Source: Azolla caroliniana
Lineage: Eukaryota; Plantae; Polypodiophyta
Direction of reading: 5' to 3'
Assembly (NCBI GenBank): GCA_043228905.1
Contig: JBHGNT010000020.1
Coordinates: 4,774,001 to 4,838,000 of the forward strand
DNA: 64,000 nt
The notes under the pieces are model-generated. The model was not told the origin of the DNA. It saw only the letters and a program-made list of their open reading frames with translations, and ran no database searches. Below are positions 26,056 through 39,650 of the stretch, in pieces. Both the position numbers and the translations under genes were made by a program. How positions within the stretch are numbered: the first letter of the stretch is position 1; each line of letters opens with the position of its first letter.

Positions 26056-26645
26056 TGTTATCGGCCGGTAAAGAAGGCTTAAGGAGTTCCAAACCAAAGT
26101 GTGAAAGGAATAGTTATTCAGGAACTGTTGTAATTAGTAGTCTTAATATATACATATTATTATATAAGAAGATGCGGACGGATGGACCGGAATCGGTATG
26201 CCGATCCGGATCCAGAACGATTCCGTAAAGGTGCCGGTTGGCACCATTTTGTATTTCGCACCGGAGACCTATATAAAGGCCCGGTTACAATGTAATCAGG
26301 AGCGGATAATTAATAAAGCTTATTGTCTTAATCTTCAAGTGTTGATTACCGTTCTATATTTATTGTTATATCTTACGCGTGTTAATTACGGATGGCTAAG
26401 TAATCGATTAAGGTCTAATTAAGCGTTGTGCCATAAGTCATTCTGTCGTACCACCCTTTGGTGACGTGTCTTGAGTGGACACCCTGTGTTAGGCTGTTGT
26501 CCGGCCGACTCCGATCCGTCCGTCCACATCTTCTTATATAAGAATATGTATATATTAAGACTACTAATTACAACAATTCCCGAATAACTATTCCTTTCAC
26601 ACTCTGGTTTGGACCTCCTTAAGCCTTCTTTACTGGTCGGTAACA
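26056..26645. mobile_element. LTR-derived fold-back element with ~141-bp terminal inverted repeats
   Basis: TGTTA...TAACA with TSD TGACG (26051-55, 26646-50). Arm 26056-26196 is the reverse complement of arm 26505-26645. The body is homologous to the LTR at 20718/30455. Confidence 0.9.
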
Positions 26646-29600
26646 TGACGCATCCATGAAGACATGGAACTCTTTTGACCAGTCCAGGGGTTGTACCACT
26701 GGTGCTTGTGACAACATTACCTTGAGTGCGTGGTAAGCCTTGTCCTCTTCATCAATCCATTTAAACAGTGTCCGGTGTATAGCTGCGTGTAGTGGCGTGG
26801 CGAGGTCTTCCAAGTACCAGAGCATTTGGTTATGCCACTGGATCTGTCCTAAGAACCGGCTTAACGCCTTGGTGGTCGTCGGTGCAAGTGCCTGCAAAAT
26901 AGCCTTGACCTTATCCGGGTCCACGACAATCCCCAAGGCCTTATCCGGGTCTACAACAATCCCTTCCTTGCTAATAATATGACCCAACAATGTGTCGTTG
27001 GTCACACCGAAGACGTATTTTGCCGGATTTAAGCTTAACCGGTATTCTCTACACTTTTCCAAGCATAACCTAAGATGATCGAGATGTTCCCCTTTCCGGC
27101 TATATACCGCGAAGTCATCCAGGAATACCTCCATAAATGCCAGTATGAATTCTCCAAATACTTCCATAATAATCCTTTGAAAGGTTGTCGGCGCGGTCTT
27201 GAGTTCGAACATCATTACAACTGCTACAAAGACTCCCCCCCATTCTGTCACGAACGCCATCTTTTCTTGATTGTTCAGGTGCATCCTTATTTGGTTATAT
27301 CCGTTGAAACCATCGAGGAAGCTATAAACCTCGTGCCCGGTTACCGCATCTAAAACCCCATCCGTAAACGGAAGCGAAAATGCATCAGTGACCATTGCCG
27401 CGTTCAATTTCCGGTAATCCACACAAACACGGATCTTGCCGTTCTTCTTCGGCACTACGACAATTGGACTTAGCCAAGTGGCTTTCTTCACCAGCCGGAT
27501 AAAGCCGACTCGAATTAGCTTGTCAATTTCCTCCTTTACTCTTGCCGCGTAGTTTGGGTTCATCCGATAGCATTGTTGTGACACCGGCTTCGTGTCCTTG
27601 CTAAGGTGAATCTGGTGTTGATAGAGTTGGGGGTCAAGTCCCAGCATATCTTTGTAGGACCAGGTGAATACGTCCCGGAATTCTTTTAATAATGTTATCA
27701 TTGCTGATTTGTCTTCTGTTGGCATCTAGTTGGGACGCCTTTACTCATTTAGATACCGCCATTTCTCATTCTAAGGCCTCCTGTGTTTGCCGCAGTTCTC
27801 GGATTGCTTCCTTATCCGGTTCCTCACCGGCCTCTTCCGTTTGCACAATGTATGGAGATACCGCTTCTGCCACGTCCACTTCGAACAGAGGGACGATCCT
27901 TGGTTTTTCTTTAAGGTAGCGGTCCACCTCCTTGTCGGCTAGTCCTGCCAGCATGTTCATGCTTTCGGCATATAGTGGGGTTACATCTTTGCCGGGGCCT
28001 ACTTGCGGTTGCGTGGGTACTCTTACTTTCATTTTCCCTCTTCGAAACGTAATATTGTTCTTCTGCCAGTTCTTTTTGATACGGGCAGTCCTCAGCCATG
28101 GTCGTCCTAACAGTAGTGGGTATGCCCCTTGAGCATTCAGCTAGAGCACTACCATAGAAATTCAGAAAGCATGATCTCCGATCGTCACCTCCAAGTCCCG
28201 GATCAAGCCGGCCGGCCGGACTGAGCTGGTGTCCGCCATCCGGAGCCAGAATGGGTATGGTTCCCACTCCTAAATTCCCAAAGTGTCGCATGTTCGGAGG
28301 CTTATCACGTTTACTCCTGATTCGCCATCGACTATCGTAGCTGGTAGCTCCTGTCCTTTAATAATTGCAGTGATTGTAGGACTGCTAGTGTCCACCACTA
28401 CCGGTCCTTCCTCCGGATTTGAAAAGAGTGCCGAAGCCGGTGCAGGATTTAACGGAGCCATCGCCGACTTCAACCTGTCGGTGAACCGGGGCACTAGTTG
28501 CAGTAACCGGCCCAGTGGTAAAGTGATTTGGCCTTCCTGAAGTGCTTGCCACGTGGGGTTCTCTGGCTGTGCCTTTACGGTGAGTACCTCCACTGTATTC
28601 GTGTGCTCTTTCATTTCGGTGACATTGCGTTCATTGGCCTTTTCAATCCATTCGGTGGTTTGTTTTTGTATGGCCTCTTGTGCTTCCCACTCCACCGTCT
28701 TTCCTTTTGATATGGTGGTGACTTGCTTTATATCTGCTACTTCTGCTATCACCATATTGACTACCAGTCGTTTTTCGTTACTTTTAACCGGACATTGGTT
28801 GCTGTAATGGCCTTCCTGGTGGCAATAGTAACAATATGCCGTCCTGGTATTGCTAAATTCTGGCAATAATCACCGTTATAATCTTGGTTCCTATCATACC
28901 GATCCTGGTCATAAGCATCCCTTCTTTGGTTGTAATCCTGGGAGTAGTCCCGTTCATACCGATCTCAGTTGTAGTCTTCCCTACGTCGGTCGTCGCGATC
29001 GCACCCATAGTTGTAGCGTCTTCTATCATTGTACCGATCCCCACATTCTAGTCGGTATGAGTCCTCCCTCCGGAACCGTTCGTCATCCGGTTCGTGACTG
29101 CTTCCTGGTTCAATGATCCGTACCGGTGCCGCTTGTTGGTTGAGCAGGTTGTACTCGCATCGGTCTGTTGTGTGTGCCCGTGAGTGGCAGATCATACACT
29201 GCGTCCTCATTGTGCAGTCTACCGTCGAATGGCTTGAGTTTAGACACGTTGTGCATTGCAACGCTTGGCGAAACCTGAGATCCTCCTTATTTGGAAGGGC
29301 CCTCTATAGGGATCCCATCGTCATCAGGGAGCTATGTTTATCCATTTCCCGCACCCGATCGATGACTTGATCCATTGTGCTGGCATGGAAATCTAGTACT
29401 GCACACATCGTTTGGAGGGGTTCCCGTAGAGTGGCCAGGAACACTACTTTCACGTCCTCGTCCGGTGGTGTCCTTGTTAACTGGTTGTGTAATGTTTGAA
29501 ATTAGATGATAAATTGGGGCACTGTCTCTTGCTCCTCTTGGTGGGTTGTGTAAAATTGACCGACTAGTTCGCGTTGTTCCACTTGCCTATGGAATAGTCA

Positions 29601-29874
29601 GAGGAATTTCGTTTTCAAGCCCTCAAATGTGGCAAAGCTTCTGGGTAGGTGCTTTGCGTGCCAGCGGGCCGCCGGTCCCTCTAATGTCATGCCGAATTCG
29701 GCCCTGTTCGACTTCCGGTTCAGTCAGCCTTCCGGACACATGATTTGCTTCCCATGTTTGTAGGAACACATAGACGTGCGCCTCCACGTCAGGGTCATCA
29801 CAATACTTCGGATACGGATATGGCATAGTGTAGTCTTCGGGAGGTTGTACCAGAGATATGTGGTCTAGTTCTTG

Positions 29875-30045
29875 CATTGCGGGTGGTGTTGGTGTACAGT
29901 TTTCCACTTCCTCTGCGGGTGATGTTGGTGCAGGGTTTTCCACTTTCTCCGTGGGTGGTGTTGGTGTAGGGTTTTCGGCTGTCTTCGTGGGTGGTGTCGG
30001 TGCGCGGTTTTCAGCTTTCTTCGCGGTTGGTGTTGATGAGTTGTT
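29875..30045 (-). repeat. 33-bp in-frame tandem repeat in gag (ENPTPTPP-like)
   Basis: About 5 copies of GGTGGTGTTGGTG...GTTTTC at 33-nt spacing. Confidence 0.8.
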
Positions 30046-32936
30046 CGATTCGTCGTCCTCTGGATCGTCCGGAGTATCGTGGCTGCTTTTGTAATTCGAC
30101 TAAATGCTCTATTCACTATCCGATTCTGACTCTAAGGTTGAGAATGCCTCCGAGTCTCCATTGCCTTCGGCAAGCATCCACAGTCGTGATTTTGCCTCTT
30201 GCAGGCTCATAAGACTACTGCCCTCATTGGAAAGTTGTTTTTGGAACCGAAGTGCTTCTTTTGTGACCCTCCGTAGCACTCTAGGAAAAGACCGATCCTG
30301 TCGGATCTCTTCGGCCGCTTGCTGGAAGGCTTGCCGTCTTTGTTGTCTTCCGACTAGTCTTCTTCCTTGTTCGGTGACTTGGTCATTAGTCGGTCGAGAC
30401 ATCCATCCCCCGGTGTTCTCTGTTCATTGCAGGAATCGTGGTTGCCAAAAACTGTGTTATCCTTTAGGCTGGACAAGCCCTAACACAGGGTGTCCCTATG
30501 GAACACTTCACCAAAGGGTGGTACGGTGAGATATGGATGGACTATGGTATCAAATGGGTCTTAATCAGTTATTAATCGGCATTGTTAATGATCGTAACAC
30601 ACGCGTAAGATTAATGATATTAAGCATAGGACGATTACTGTAACCAAATAGACACTAAACAATACTTAAAACAACAACGCTTCTATTATTTATCCGTCCC
30701 TGATTACATTCTTGCCTGGTTGTTTTATAGGTCTCCGGCTGAGTTACAAACCGGTGCCAATCGGCAACCAGCAACGATCCGGTCCGGATCCGAATTGGCA
30801 TACCGATTCTAGTTCGTCCGCCCGCTTCTCAAAATAAAATAATATTTATCTTCTCAAAATAACATAATATTTACCTATAACAACTCCCTATCCTTAATTA
30901 ATACCCTTGTCACATTCTGGACTCTAACCAGCCCTTTGGTCTTGCCGGCCAACACTCTTTGTCTCTATCTCTCTCTCATACCATTCTCTGTGATTACCTA
31001 ACTGTCGAGTTTCTGTAACTAAATGTGTACTTGGTTCGGTGTCTATCACACATGCTTCCGCACATGTATTCCTTTTCATTTTTGAAATAGAGTTTTCATC
31101 TTCTTGCTCTCATTCTGTCTCTCTCTCTCACCCACTCTGTGTGTCTCCATTGTTCTCTGTTTCTATCCGGCTACCCCGGTTGTGATCTGTTACAACTTCA
31201 TGCATATTTTCTTTTACATGATATCAAAGCGCGAGGGTTAGAACATCCTCTGCTGCCGGCAAGAGATCTACATACAGACAAACCCTAACTTTCGGAGAAG
31301 AACAAATGAGACGAGAAATGAACAGAGGAATGTGAAGCTCACATATGATGGAGAAGCTTGATAGGAGCAACTACGCATCTTGCTCATATAAGATGCACCA
31401 ATACCTAGTAGGGGATGTGTATTGGAGTTATGTTATTGAGCGACAAGCACAACTGGATCTAGATCGGCTGAATAAGCCTGAGCTGGATCATAGCCGAATC
31501 CGCATCCGGAAGGATGAGCCAGATCGGTATTTGGAAACAAGAGTCGGATCAGGGAGACGGATTAGAGAGCCGGATTTGAGTGTGAACCGGAAGCCTAGTC
31601 GTAGCCTAGACTACTAGGTAATCACTGTCTTGTAGTTAGTGTCAGTTGCACCGCACGTAGGAATGTTGAAGTACCTATCAATACTTCTGTCAGTCCTTTA
31701 TGGACTTGTATAAAAGTGCTCTCTGAGCACATTCTATGTACACAAAGTTTTAGACTATTATTTTGAATAGAGTTTTTTGTTTTGTTGTCTCTCTCATGTG
31801 TATGCTTATTCTTTGTGTTAAGCTTCCATTAAACCTTCTTCTCTTTATTGTTACTATCCGGAAGAGCCGGTTTGGCATAAGCTTCCGCACGCTAACTTTG
31901 ACATGGTATCAGAGCGTGAGGGTTGAGAACCTCTGCAACTGACAAACGCTTTCGACGACAAACCCTAATAACCGGTAACAACAGACAGAGAAAGGTATGG
32001 ACAAAGGTATGGCGAGTTCACTTCCAACAGAGAAGCTTGATCGGAGCAACTATGCATCTTGGTCATATAAAATGCACCAGTACTTGCTACGGCATGGTTA
32101 TTGGAGCTATGTGGAAGGAACCACTGAGGTAGCACCGGAGCCGGCACACAAAGACTTCCCGGCATGGGAGCAAGGAGCGAGCTGAGTATTGTACTGTCTC
32201 ACGTCTGGTGTGCATGATCAGATGCTCAGCTACATCAAAGATGCAAAAATGCTAGAGGCCTGGGAAAATCTTCGGAAGATTTTCACCGCGAGTACCACAG
32301 CCCATAAGTTGCAACTCCGGCAAGAGCTGAACAACATCCGACAAAGAGACATGTCGGTTACGAACTACACCATCAAGGTAAAGGAGATTTGCGACGCACT
32401 CGGGTCCATCAATGTGACAATGGACAAAGATGAGATGGTTCAAAGATGCCTTGGTGGTCTAGCACAATGTTACGGGCCAATCCAAATGGCAATCTGCACA
32501 TGGGAGAAGCCACCGTCCTTCTTCAACTTACAATCAATATTGACGGTCGAAGAAAACCACGTGAGTGAGTCGAGGACCACTCAATCGGACAACTGGATGC
32601 TGTACACGGAAGAGTATCAACCCCGTGGTCGTGGAGGACGAGGTGGGTTGGTACGCAATGAAAGCGTCCGGCAAGAGCAGAACCGAAGGCACAGAGACAA
32701 TGTTGACAGCAGTTCCAGACCCTCCACAAGCAGGGGGAGTCAAGTCGGAGCTGGAAACTGGCAGTTGAAAGCCGACACAAAATGTTGGTATTGTGGCAAG
32801 AAAGGCCATAGAGAGAGAAAGTGTTGGAAGAAGCGTGCCGATTCGGATAAATCCGGATCCGGCAAGGTTGGACAAGGGAACTTGCAAAAGTCGCACTACA
32901 CAGAAGGATCGAAGGATCAAGAACCTAGAAGACCGG

Positions 32937-33836
32937 TGTCGTGATGTTTTCGACACATAGTGCGAAACCACCCTCAAAAGAGAATAAAATGGTAGTCCAG
33001 ATAAACTAATGTTGTTAAATCAACTATAGTAATAAATGAAAGGATAAAAAGTTAGAAGCGATTTTCGAAAGTAGACAAAAATAGAGAAAAAGATAGGAAA
33101 AGAAAAGCTAGCCGTGGATATGAGGAGCAAGGTCAAGTAAAACGTTCGTAATTTCCTCGTCCAATGTTCAAATTAGAAAAGGAAAGATGCATAAGAAAGC
33201 TAACAGAAATATCTTTCTAAGAGTAGCTTGCATGTCAGATTTGAAGTTACTGGACAAAAATAGTGATAAAAAGAAAAGTGGACTCATATAGAGAAACTTT
33301 TGGGGAAAAGAAAGAAAGAAAGGAAGGAAGCAATCCTAAACCTATAAACAAGAGCTTATTTTAAGAAGAGGAGGGAGGGGATTTGAAGAAGAAAAGATTT
33401 ATATTTCCTCTCTCATACTTTTATACCCTAAAAGGGGATAGAAAAAAAAATCATGTAACAAAATAGATCCATTATAGTGATGATTTAGTAATAAAAAGCT
33501 TTCCATGTTTCCTCTCTCATGATCTCTTTCTTTAAAATTTTCTTATGTATAAGTAAAATTAAGTGTTATTCATGCTTGCTTACTCTAAGCCTTCTTACTC
33601 ATAAGAATAATTAAGTATTATTCAATCTCGCATAATCTCCTACTCGAAGATTTGCTCTTATTAATGTAATTAACTATTATTCGATCTCTTATACTACCAA
33701 TTTACTCTTATTAGAGGGAAATATCTCATCTTTAAGCTTAAAAGTGCATTAAGCGTTAAAAGCCTTAAATCCTTCTAGTCCAAAACCCCGGCGGTTCCGC
33801 CTCACGATCCGCACTTATTGGCGGATTTTCAGGACA
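32937..33836 (+). mobile_element. Solo LTR, 4-bp TSD CCGG/CCAG
   Basis: TGTCGTGATG...CAGGACA. Shares the 3' motif CTAGTCCAAAACCCC.G.GGTTCC with the 3623 LTR. Confidence 0.85.
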
Positions 33837-36620
33837 CCAGTAAAGGGCCAACCTTCGTGATGAAGCACAAGGCTAACTCGATGAAGAAGACTACTTCCAA
33901 ATCGGAGGAAGTATGGTACATTGATTCTTGAGCGTCCAACCACAAGACAAGCCATGAAGAGTGGTTCTCTCTTTTGGAGAAACCGAAACAATCGGGGATT
34001 GTCAAAACTGGAGACGACACCCCCCACCCAATTGTGCATGCCGGAGAAGTCCCTTTAAGCCATGTCGGACAAAAGGGGAAGCTAATGAACGTACTACTCG
34101 TTCCGACTATCACAAAGAACCTGGTGTCGGTTGGACAAATTGTCGACCAGGGGATACAGGTGCGGTTTACACACCTTAGGTGCTTCATCGAGGAAGAAGG
34201 CCGGATAATTGCGTAAGGCTGTCGAGAAGGGAGGATGTTCATCCTCACCACTAATGACGTTGGCACTGCCATGTTTGCCAAAGGACAAAAGATTGAATCG
34301 GACATCGATCTTTGGCACAAGCGGATCGGCCATGTCAATTACCGGAGGCTTCAGGACCTGCAATCAAAACAAGTTGTGTTTAGATTACCGAAATTCAGTG
34401 GCCGGAAGGCCCAAATATGTGAAGCCTCCCAACTCGGGAAGCAACACCGAGTTCCATTCCCCACTGAATGAAGCCGAAGCCATAACAAGCTCGACTTAAT
34501 CCATTTGGATGTATGGGGAATGACACAAAACGTTAGTCTTGGCAGGAGTTGGTATTTCGTCTCCTTCATCGACGACTACAACCGGCACACATTGATCTAC
34601 CTCATTGAGAGGAAGAGCGAAGTTTTCAAATGTTTCTGAATCTTTCAAAGCTTACTTGAACGGGAAACGGAGAGCAAGATCAAGTGCCTACAGTTGGATG
34701 GCGGAAAAGAATACTTTTCCGGCCAATTCAACAATTATCTGCAGCAGAACGGAATTCCGAGAGAATTCAGCTGCCGATACACATGGAGCAAAATGGTGTA
34801 GCCGAAAGGAAGAACTGGTCGATTTTCAATGCGGCAAGGGCAATGCTGGAGGAGAAGAGCATGCCTCAATTCTACTAGGCTGAGGCGATCCGGATGACCA
34901 TCTACATCCAAAAATGGATCGGAGACAAGTTGTCAGCACATGGGCTGTATTTCGGGTGGAAGCCGAATTTGAGACACCTTCGTATATTCGGTAGGATAGC
35001 ATATGTGCATGTACCGGATGAGAAGCGAAGGAAGCTGGATCTAAAGTCGGAGAAGTGCATCCTAGTCGGTTACTCGCATGGGCAAAAGGGGTATAAGTGT
35101 TATAACCCCCGAACTAAGCAGGTCGGAGTAAGTCAAGATGTCGAGTTTGATGAGACGGCATCATGGTACTCCTTACCAACTCCAACTCCCGACGAAGACC
35201 CGATTCCGAAAGATGAGGCTACTGAGCCTGAGGAGGTCCAGGAAGAAGATGAAGACTTCAGCACTCTAGAAGAGAGTCCAATCTCATTCCGACTAAGTGG
35301 ACTGAATGAGTAGCAGAGTCGGGATGACCAGTTAGATGAAGAGCAGTAGAGTGAAGACTCTACCATGTTCTCCTCGCACAAGGAACCGAGGAGACGGTTC
35401 ACTTACAAAGAGAAGGGGAAGAAGAAGATGCTGGAATACGATACCAGTAGTGAAGGGTCAGATTGAAGCGGATCTGATCTTGGAAAGGAAGAAGGCAGAT
35501 CTTTAGAAAGGAAGTCTGAACCGGCCAAGAAGGGCCTCAAACTGGCTAACGAAAAGCTACGCCGGTCAACCCGTCATGAGGTACGAGTACAATGACTACA
35601 TGGCGCATCACTATGCATACATGACTAAGGTGGCGGAAGTGCGTGAACCGGAAAGCAACGCAGAAGCGGCAAAGGACGCAAATTGCGTGCTGCTATGGAA
35701 GAAGAAATGTGGGCACTCGATGCCAACGACACTTGGGACTTGGTTGACCCTCCCCGACACTATAAACCAATCAGTTGCAAATGGGTGTACAAGGTAAAGT
35801 ACAATGCCGATGGTTTGATCAATCGGTACAAGGCCTGGTTAGTGGTGAAGGGATACACACAGACCCACGGGAATTGACTACGACGAGACCTTCGCTCCGG
35901 TAGCAAAGATGATGAAGGTTCGCGTGTTACTGGCTGTTGTTGTGGTAAGGGGATGACATCATCACCAAATGGACATGAAGAATGCATTTCTTCAAGGTGA
36001 TCTTGAAGAACGGGTCTATACGATGCAACCCCCCGGTTTCCAATCGGAGATGAACAAGTCAGCAGAGTGTCGACTAAAGAAGTCGCTTTACAGTCTGAAA
36101 CAAGCCCCCCAAGCTTGGAATGCGAAGATCACGCACCGGTTGCGTAAGATGGGGTTTGTGGCCTCTATGTCCCACTCTTCATTGTTCATTCGAAACGGTC
36201 CGGTTTGCATTTTGCTTTATGTAGATGATTTAGTTATCACCGGACCCGAACTCAATGAAATCGATCGAGTGAAGTCCCAACCTTCAGACGCATTTGAAGT
36301 GAAGGACCTAGGGGAACTTCATTATTTTCTTGGGATTGGGGTGATCCGAACCCCTGACAGCATATTGCTCTCACAACGCCATTATGTGTTGAATATGCTG
36401 TACAAGTTCAACATGATGGAATGCCGACTGATATCTACACCCTTGGACCGGAACCTGAAGCTACATCCCGACTCCGGCCCGGCCTGTGATGAGAAACGGT
36501 TCCAACAAATTGTTGGAAGCCTTATCTACTTGACAATCACCTGACCCGACATCAGTTATCCGGTCGGCGTTATCAACCAATTCATGCAGAAGCCAACCGT
36601 GGAGCATCTTCAATGCACAC

Positions 36621-37293
36621 TATCGTGAAGATGCACGTGCGTGTGTTAGCTTGAGTGGAACCACCGGGGTCTCAAACCGGAGAGGAAGTTCGCGAACTTG
36701 TCAAAAAGATTTGATGATGTGGATAGGAGTCGAGGAAACCAATGTCACATTTTGAAAAGATCGAAAGATTGACAATTATAAGAAGTGTAATAATATTGAT
36801 CGATGGTAAAAGAAGAAGAAAAATAAGAAGTATATTTATAAGAAGAATTTTATAATGATGGTGATATCACATATTGAGCCCCCCTTACACAAGCCGAACT
36901 AGAGGCTTTTATAGGTCTCTGCATGCTTGTGACATGCACAAAACCATGGGCTAAAACCATGGTTTTGTGCACACAGTTTTGCTTATGACATGCGTAAAAC
37001 CATGGGCTTAAAACCATAGTTTTGTACGTTAGTTTTCTATGGAATACTGAATATGGGAAGGAAATATACAAAATCTAAAGCACTTAGTAGTAGCTTTAAT
37101 GGTAAGCTAATTGCCTCCTATGTTGGAGGTGCAAGGTTCAAATCTTACTTGCACCCCTCTGTACGTACTCAATGCCATTAGGCCCTAGGATTATTTATTA
37201 TTGATTTATTTTCATTTTTACAAGTATTTGTGTAATGTGCGTGGAACCACACTTGTTCACTTTTTCTCCCACTAGACGTGCAACATCACAATA
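36621..37293 (-). mobile_element. Solo LTR, 4-bp TSD ACAC/GCAC
   Basis: TATCGTGAAG...CATCACAATA interrupts Copia RT, which resumes at 37298. CCCCGGTGGTTCC motif on minus. Confidence 0.8.
37091..37155 (+). promoter_or_regulatory. tRNA-like A/B box module in LTR
   Basis: TAGCTTTAATGG at 37091 and GGTTCAAATC at 37135. Confidence 0.65.
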
Positions 37294-39650
37294 GCACATC
37301 AAATATTGCGGTATGTGAGCGGCACGAAGGACCATGGACTGTTATATCAGCATGGTATAACTGAAGAGCTAGTCGGATACATAGATGGCGTATCGTCGAT
37401 CCACCTCCGGTTACATATTTTCCCTTGGTAGCACGGTTGTTGTGTGCAGCAACAAAAAACAACCAACAGTGGTTGTGTCGAGCACTGAGGCTGAATACCG
37501 GGGCGCTACCGTCACCACTTGTGAAGCCATCTGGCTTCGACGACTATTGCAAGACCTGCGGATCGAGGTACCGACTCTCATCCTGATCTACTGCGAGAAC
37601 ATAAGCAACATACAGCTCGCCAAGAACCGTGTGTTCCATGCTCCGACGAAGCACATAGAAGTGCATTATCACTTCGTGCATGAGCGGGTCCTGAGCAGTG
37701 TAGTCGAACTTTGGTATGTTCAGACGGGTCAGCAGATTGCCGACATCTTCAACAAACTGCTCGGATCGGACAACTTGCAGCACTTCACCGAAATGCTTGG
37801 TGTTCAACATCTCGACGTGCCGCTCTTGAGGAGGAGAACGGGCAAAAGCAAAGAAACTGCCGACGGCACCAATCAAGGAACCGGAAAGGGAAGAACCAAC
37901 AAAGGGGGAGACCAGAGGAAAAAGGGGGCCGAGTCAATGAAGGGAGTTGGCACATCCGAAACAGTCGCAACGAGCGACAGTGGCAGCATAGTCAAGAAGG
38001 ACAGAGCCGACCGGAAGGAGAAGGCCAAGACCCATACATGGTCTGATGTGGTCTGAACAAATTGGAGGAAGCCGATTGGGTTCAAGATTTTGAGAAGCCA
38101 GATCAACTAAAGGCCAACTTGATGAGAAGGCGGCGGAAGTCGACACCAACACGGAGGAACCGACGGGTCGGCAAGCGCCGGAGTCACAGCAGCAAGGGAG
38201 CTGAAATGGGCATGTTGAGCAGATGAAGCGACCGAGGAGGTCAAGGTGTGCAGAGCCAGAAGGGTCGCGGCAAGAGGGACCGAACCAAACGAGGAGCGCG
38301 ATCAAGGCGGAGGAATTGAAGTACCTACCAGTCGCACATAGGAATATTGAAGTACCTGTGAGTACTTCTGTAAGTCCTTTATGGACTTGTATAAAAGTGC
38401 TCTCTGAGCACATTCTATGTACACAGAGTTTTAGAGTATTATTTTGAATAGAGTTTTATGTTCTGCTCTCTCTCTCTATATATATATGTCTCCTATGTAT
38501 GTTTATTCTTTGTGTTAAGCTTCTTCCATTAAACTTCTTCTCTTTATTGTTACTATCCGAAAGAGCCGGTTTGGCATAAGCTTTCGCACGCTAATTTTGA
38601 CATATGTCGAAGGAGAAAATGATGCAACACCAAATTCGACACACAAGGATTTTCTGGCTTGGTAACAATGAGCAAGCAAAGTTCTATAGTACTTCACATC
38701 TAGTGTCATGAACAACTATTGAGCTTACATCTAGGATGCCGAGACGCCAAAGGAGGCTTGGAGAAATCTGAAGAATATATTCGCCGCGAGCACCGCAACG
38801 ATAAAGCTTCAACTTAGGCAGGAACTGAGCAATGTTCGACAAAAAGACATGTCGGTGGCTGATTACAACTCCCAGATCAAAGACATTTGCGACTCTGTCT
38901 CAGTGATCATTGAGGAGGACGAAATGGTGCAGGTCTGTCTTAGTGTGTTGGCATCTAAGTTTGGATCATTCCGGACGACGATCTGCACGAGAGAGAGTAC
39001 GTCGTCATTCTTCGACTTGCAAACAATGCTTCTCATTGAAGAGATCCACACGGATGCGTCGATGAGCATGCACACCGACAACAAAATGTTGTACACGAAG
39101 GAGGATAGAACCCCGTGGTTGTGGTGGACGAGGCAGGTTGGCACGCAACAGAGGCAGCCGACAGGTTAAAAACCGAAGGCATAACTATCATGTCGATAGT
39201 AGTTTCGGATACTTCGGGAGCAAGGGGAGTCAAGGCGGCACCGAAAACTGGCAAGCAAAGGCCGAAACAGAATGCTGGTATTGTGGCAAGAAGGACCATA
39301 GAGAGAATGAATGCTACAAGACTCACACCGATTCGGACAAATTTGGGTCCGCCAAAGCCGTACACAGACATCGACTGCAGTTGCACTACATTGAAGGATT
39401 AGAAGGATGCGGAACCGGAAAAACCAGAAAAGGGTTTAGGGTTTAGGCCTTTGTGATGAAGCACAAGGTGAACTCGATGAAGAAGACCACCCCACAATCG
39501 TATGAACAACCATGAAGAATGATTCTCATACCTAGAGAAACCAGAGCAACTAGGAGTGGTGAAAACCAGAGTCAACACTCCGCACCCGATCGAACATGTC
39601 GTAGAAGTTCCCCTCAGCCATGTCAGACAGAAGGGGAAACTTATGAACGT

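Larger units (their letters stand above)
20718..30954 (-). mobile_element. Non-chromovirus Gypsy (Athila/Selgy-like) with 3' extra ORF and inverted terminal LTRs
   Basis: Gag ~30402-28850, protease IVDGESGVN (28270-28866), RT WLSPIVVVPKKNG...FLDD (26646-27725), RNase H (25544-26055), integrase KWGLDF...YYPQANG (24471-25277). The 5' LTR is 30455-30954, and 20718-21211 is its reverse complement. Confidence 0.9.
20362..31218 (+). mobile_element. Copia LTR (20362-20717 + 30955-31218) split by a Gypsy insertion and shared by two tandem Copia internals
   Basis: PPT before TGTTGAGAG. Ends ...TTTTACA, followed by a decayed iMet PBS TGATATCAAAGC and a second gag. Confidence 0.75.
31434..38602 (+). 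mobile_element. Degenerate full-length Copia
   Basis: TSD TATGT (31429-33, 38603-07), 5' LTR 31434-31903, PBS TGGTATCAGAGC 31904-15. Gag MASSLPTEKLDRSNY, then INT, RT and RH fragments. The 3' LTR retains only ~38320-38602. Confidence 0.92.
31219..39650 (+). pseudogene. Copia PBS-gag-protease remnant (31219-31433 + 38608-39650)
   Basis: EKLDRSNYAS...YWSY is interrupted at 31434 and resumes at 38608, with CWYCGKKDHRENEC. Truncated by the LTR at 39651. Confidence 0.8.
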
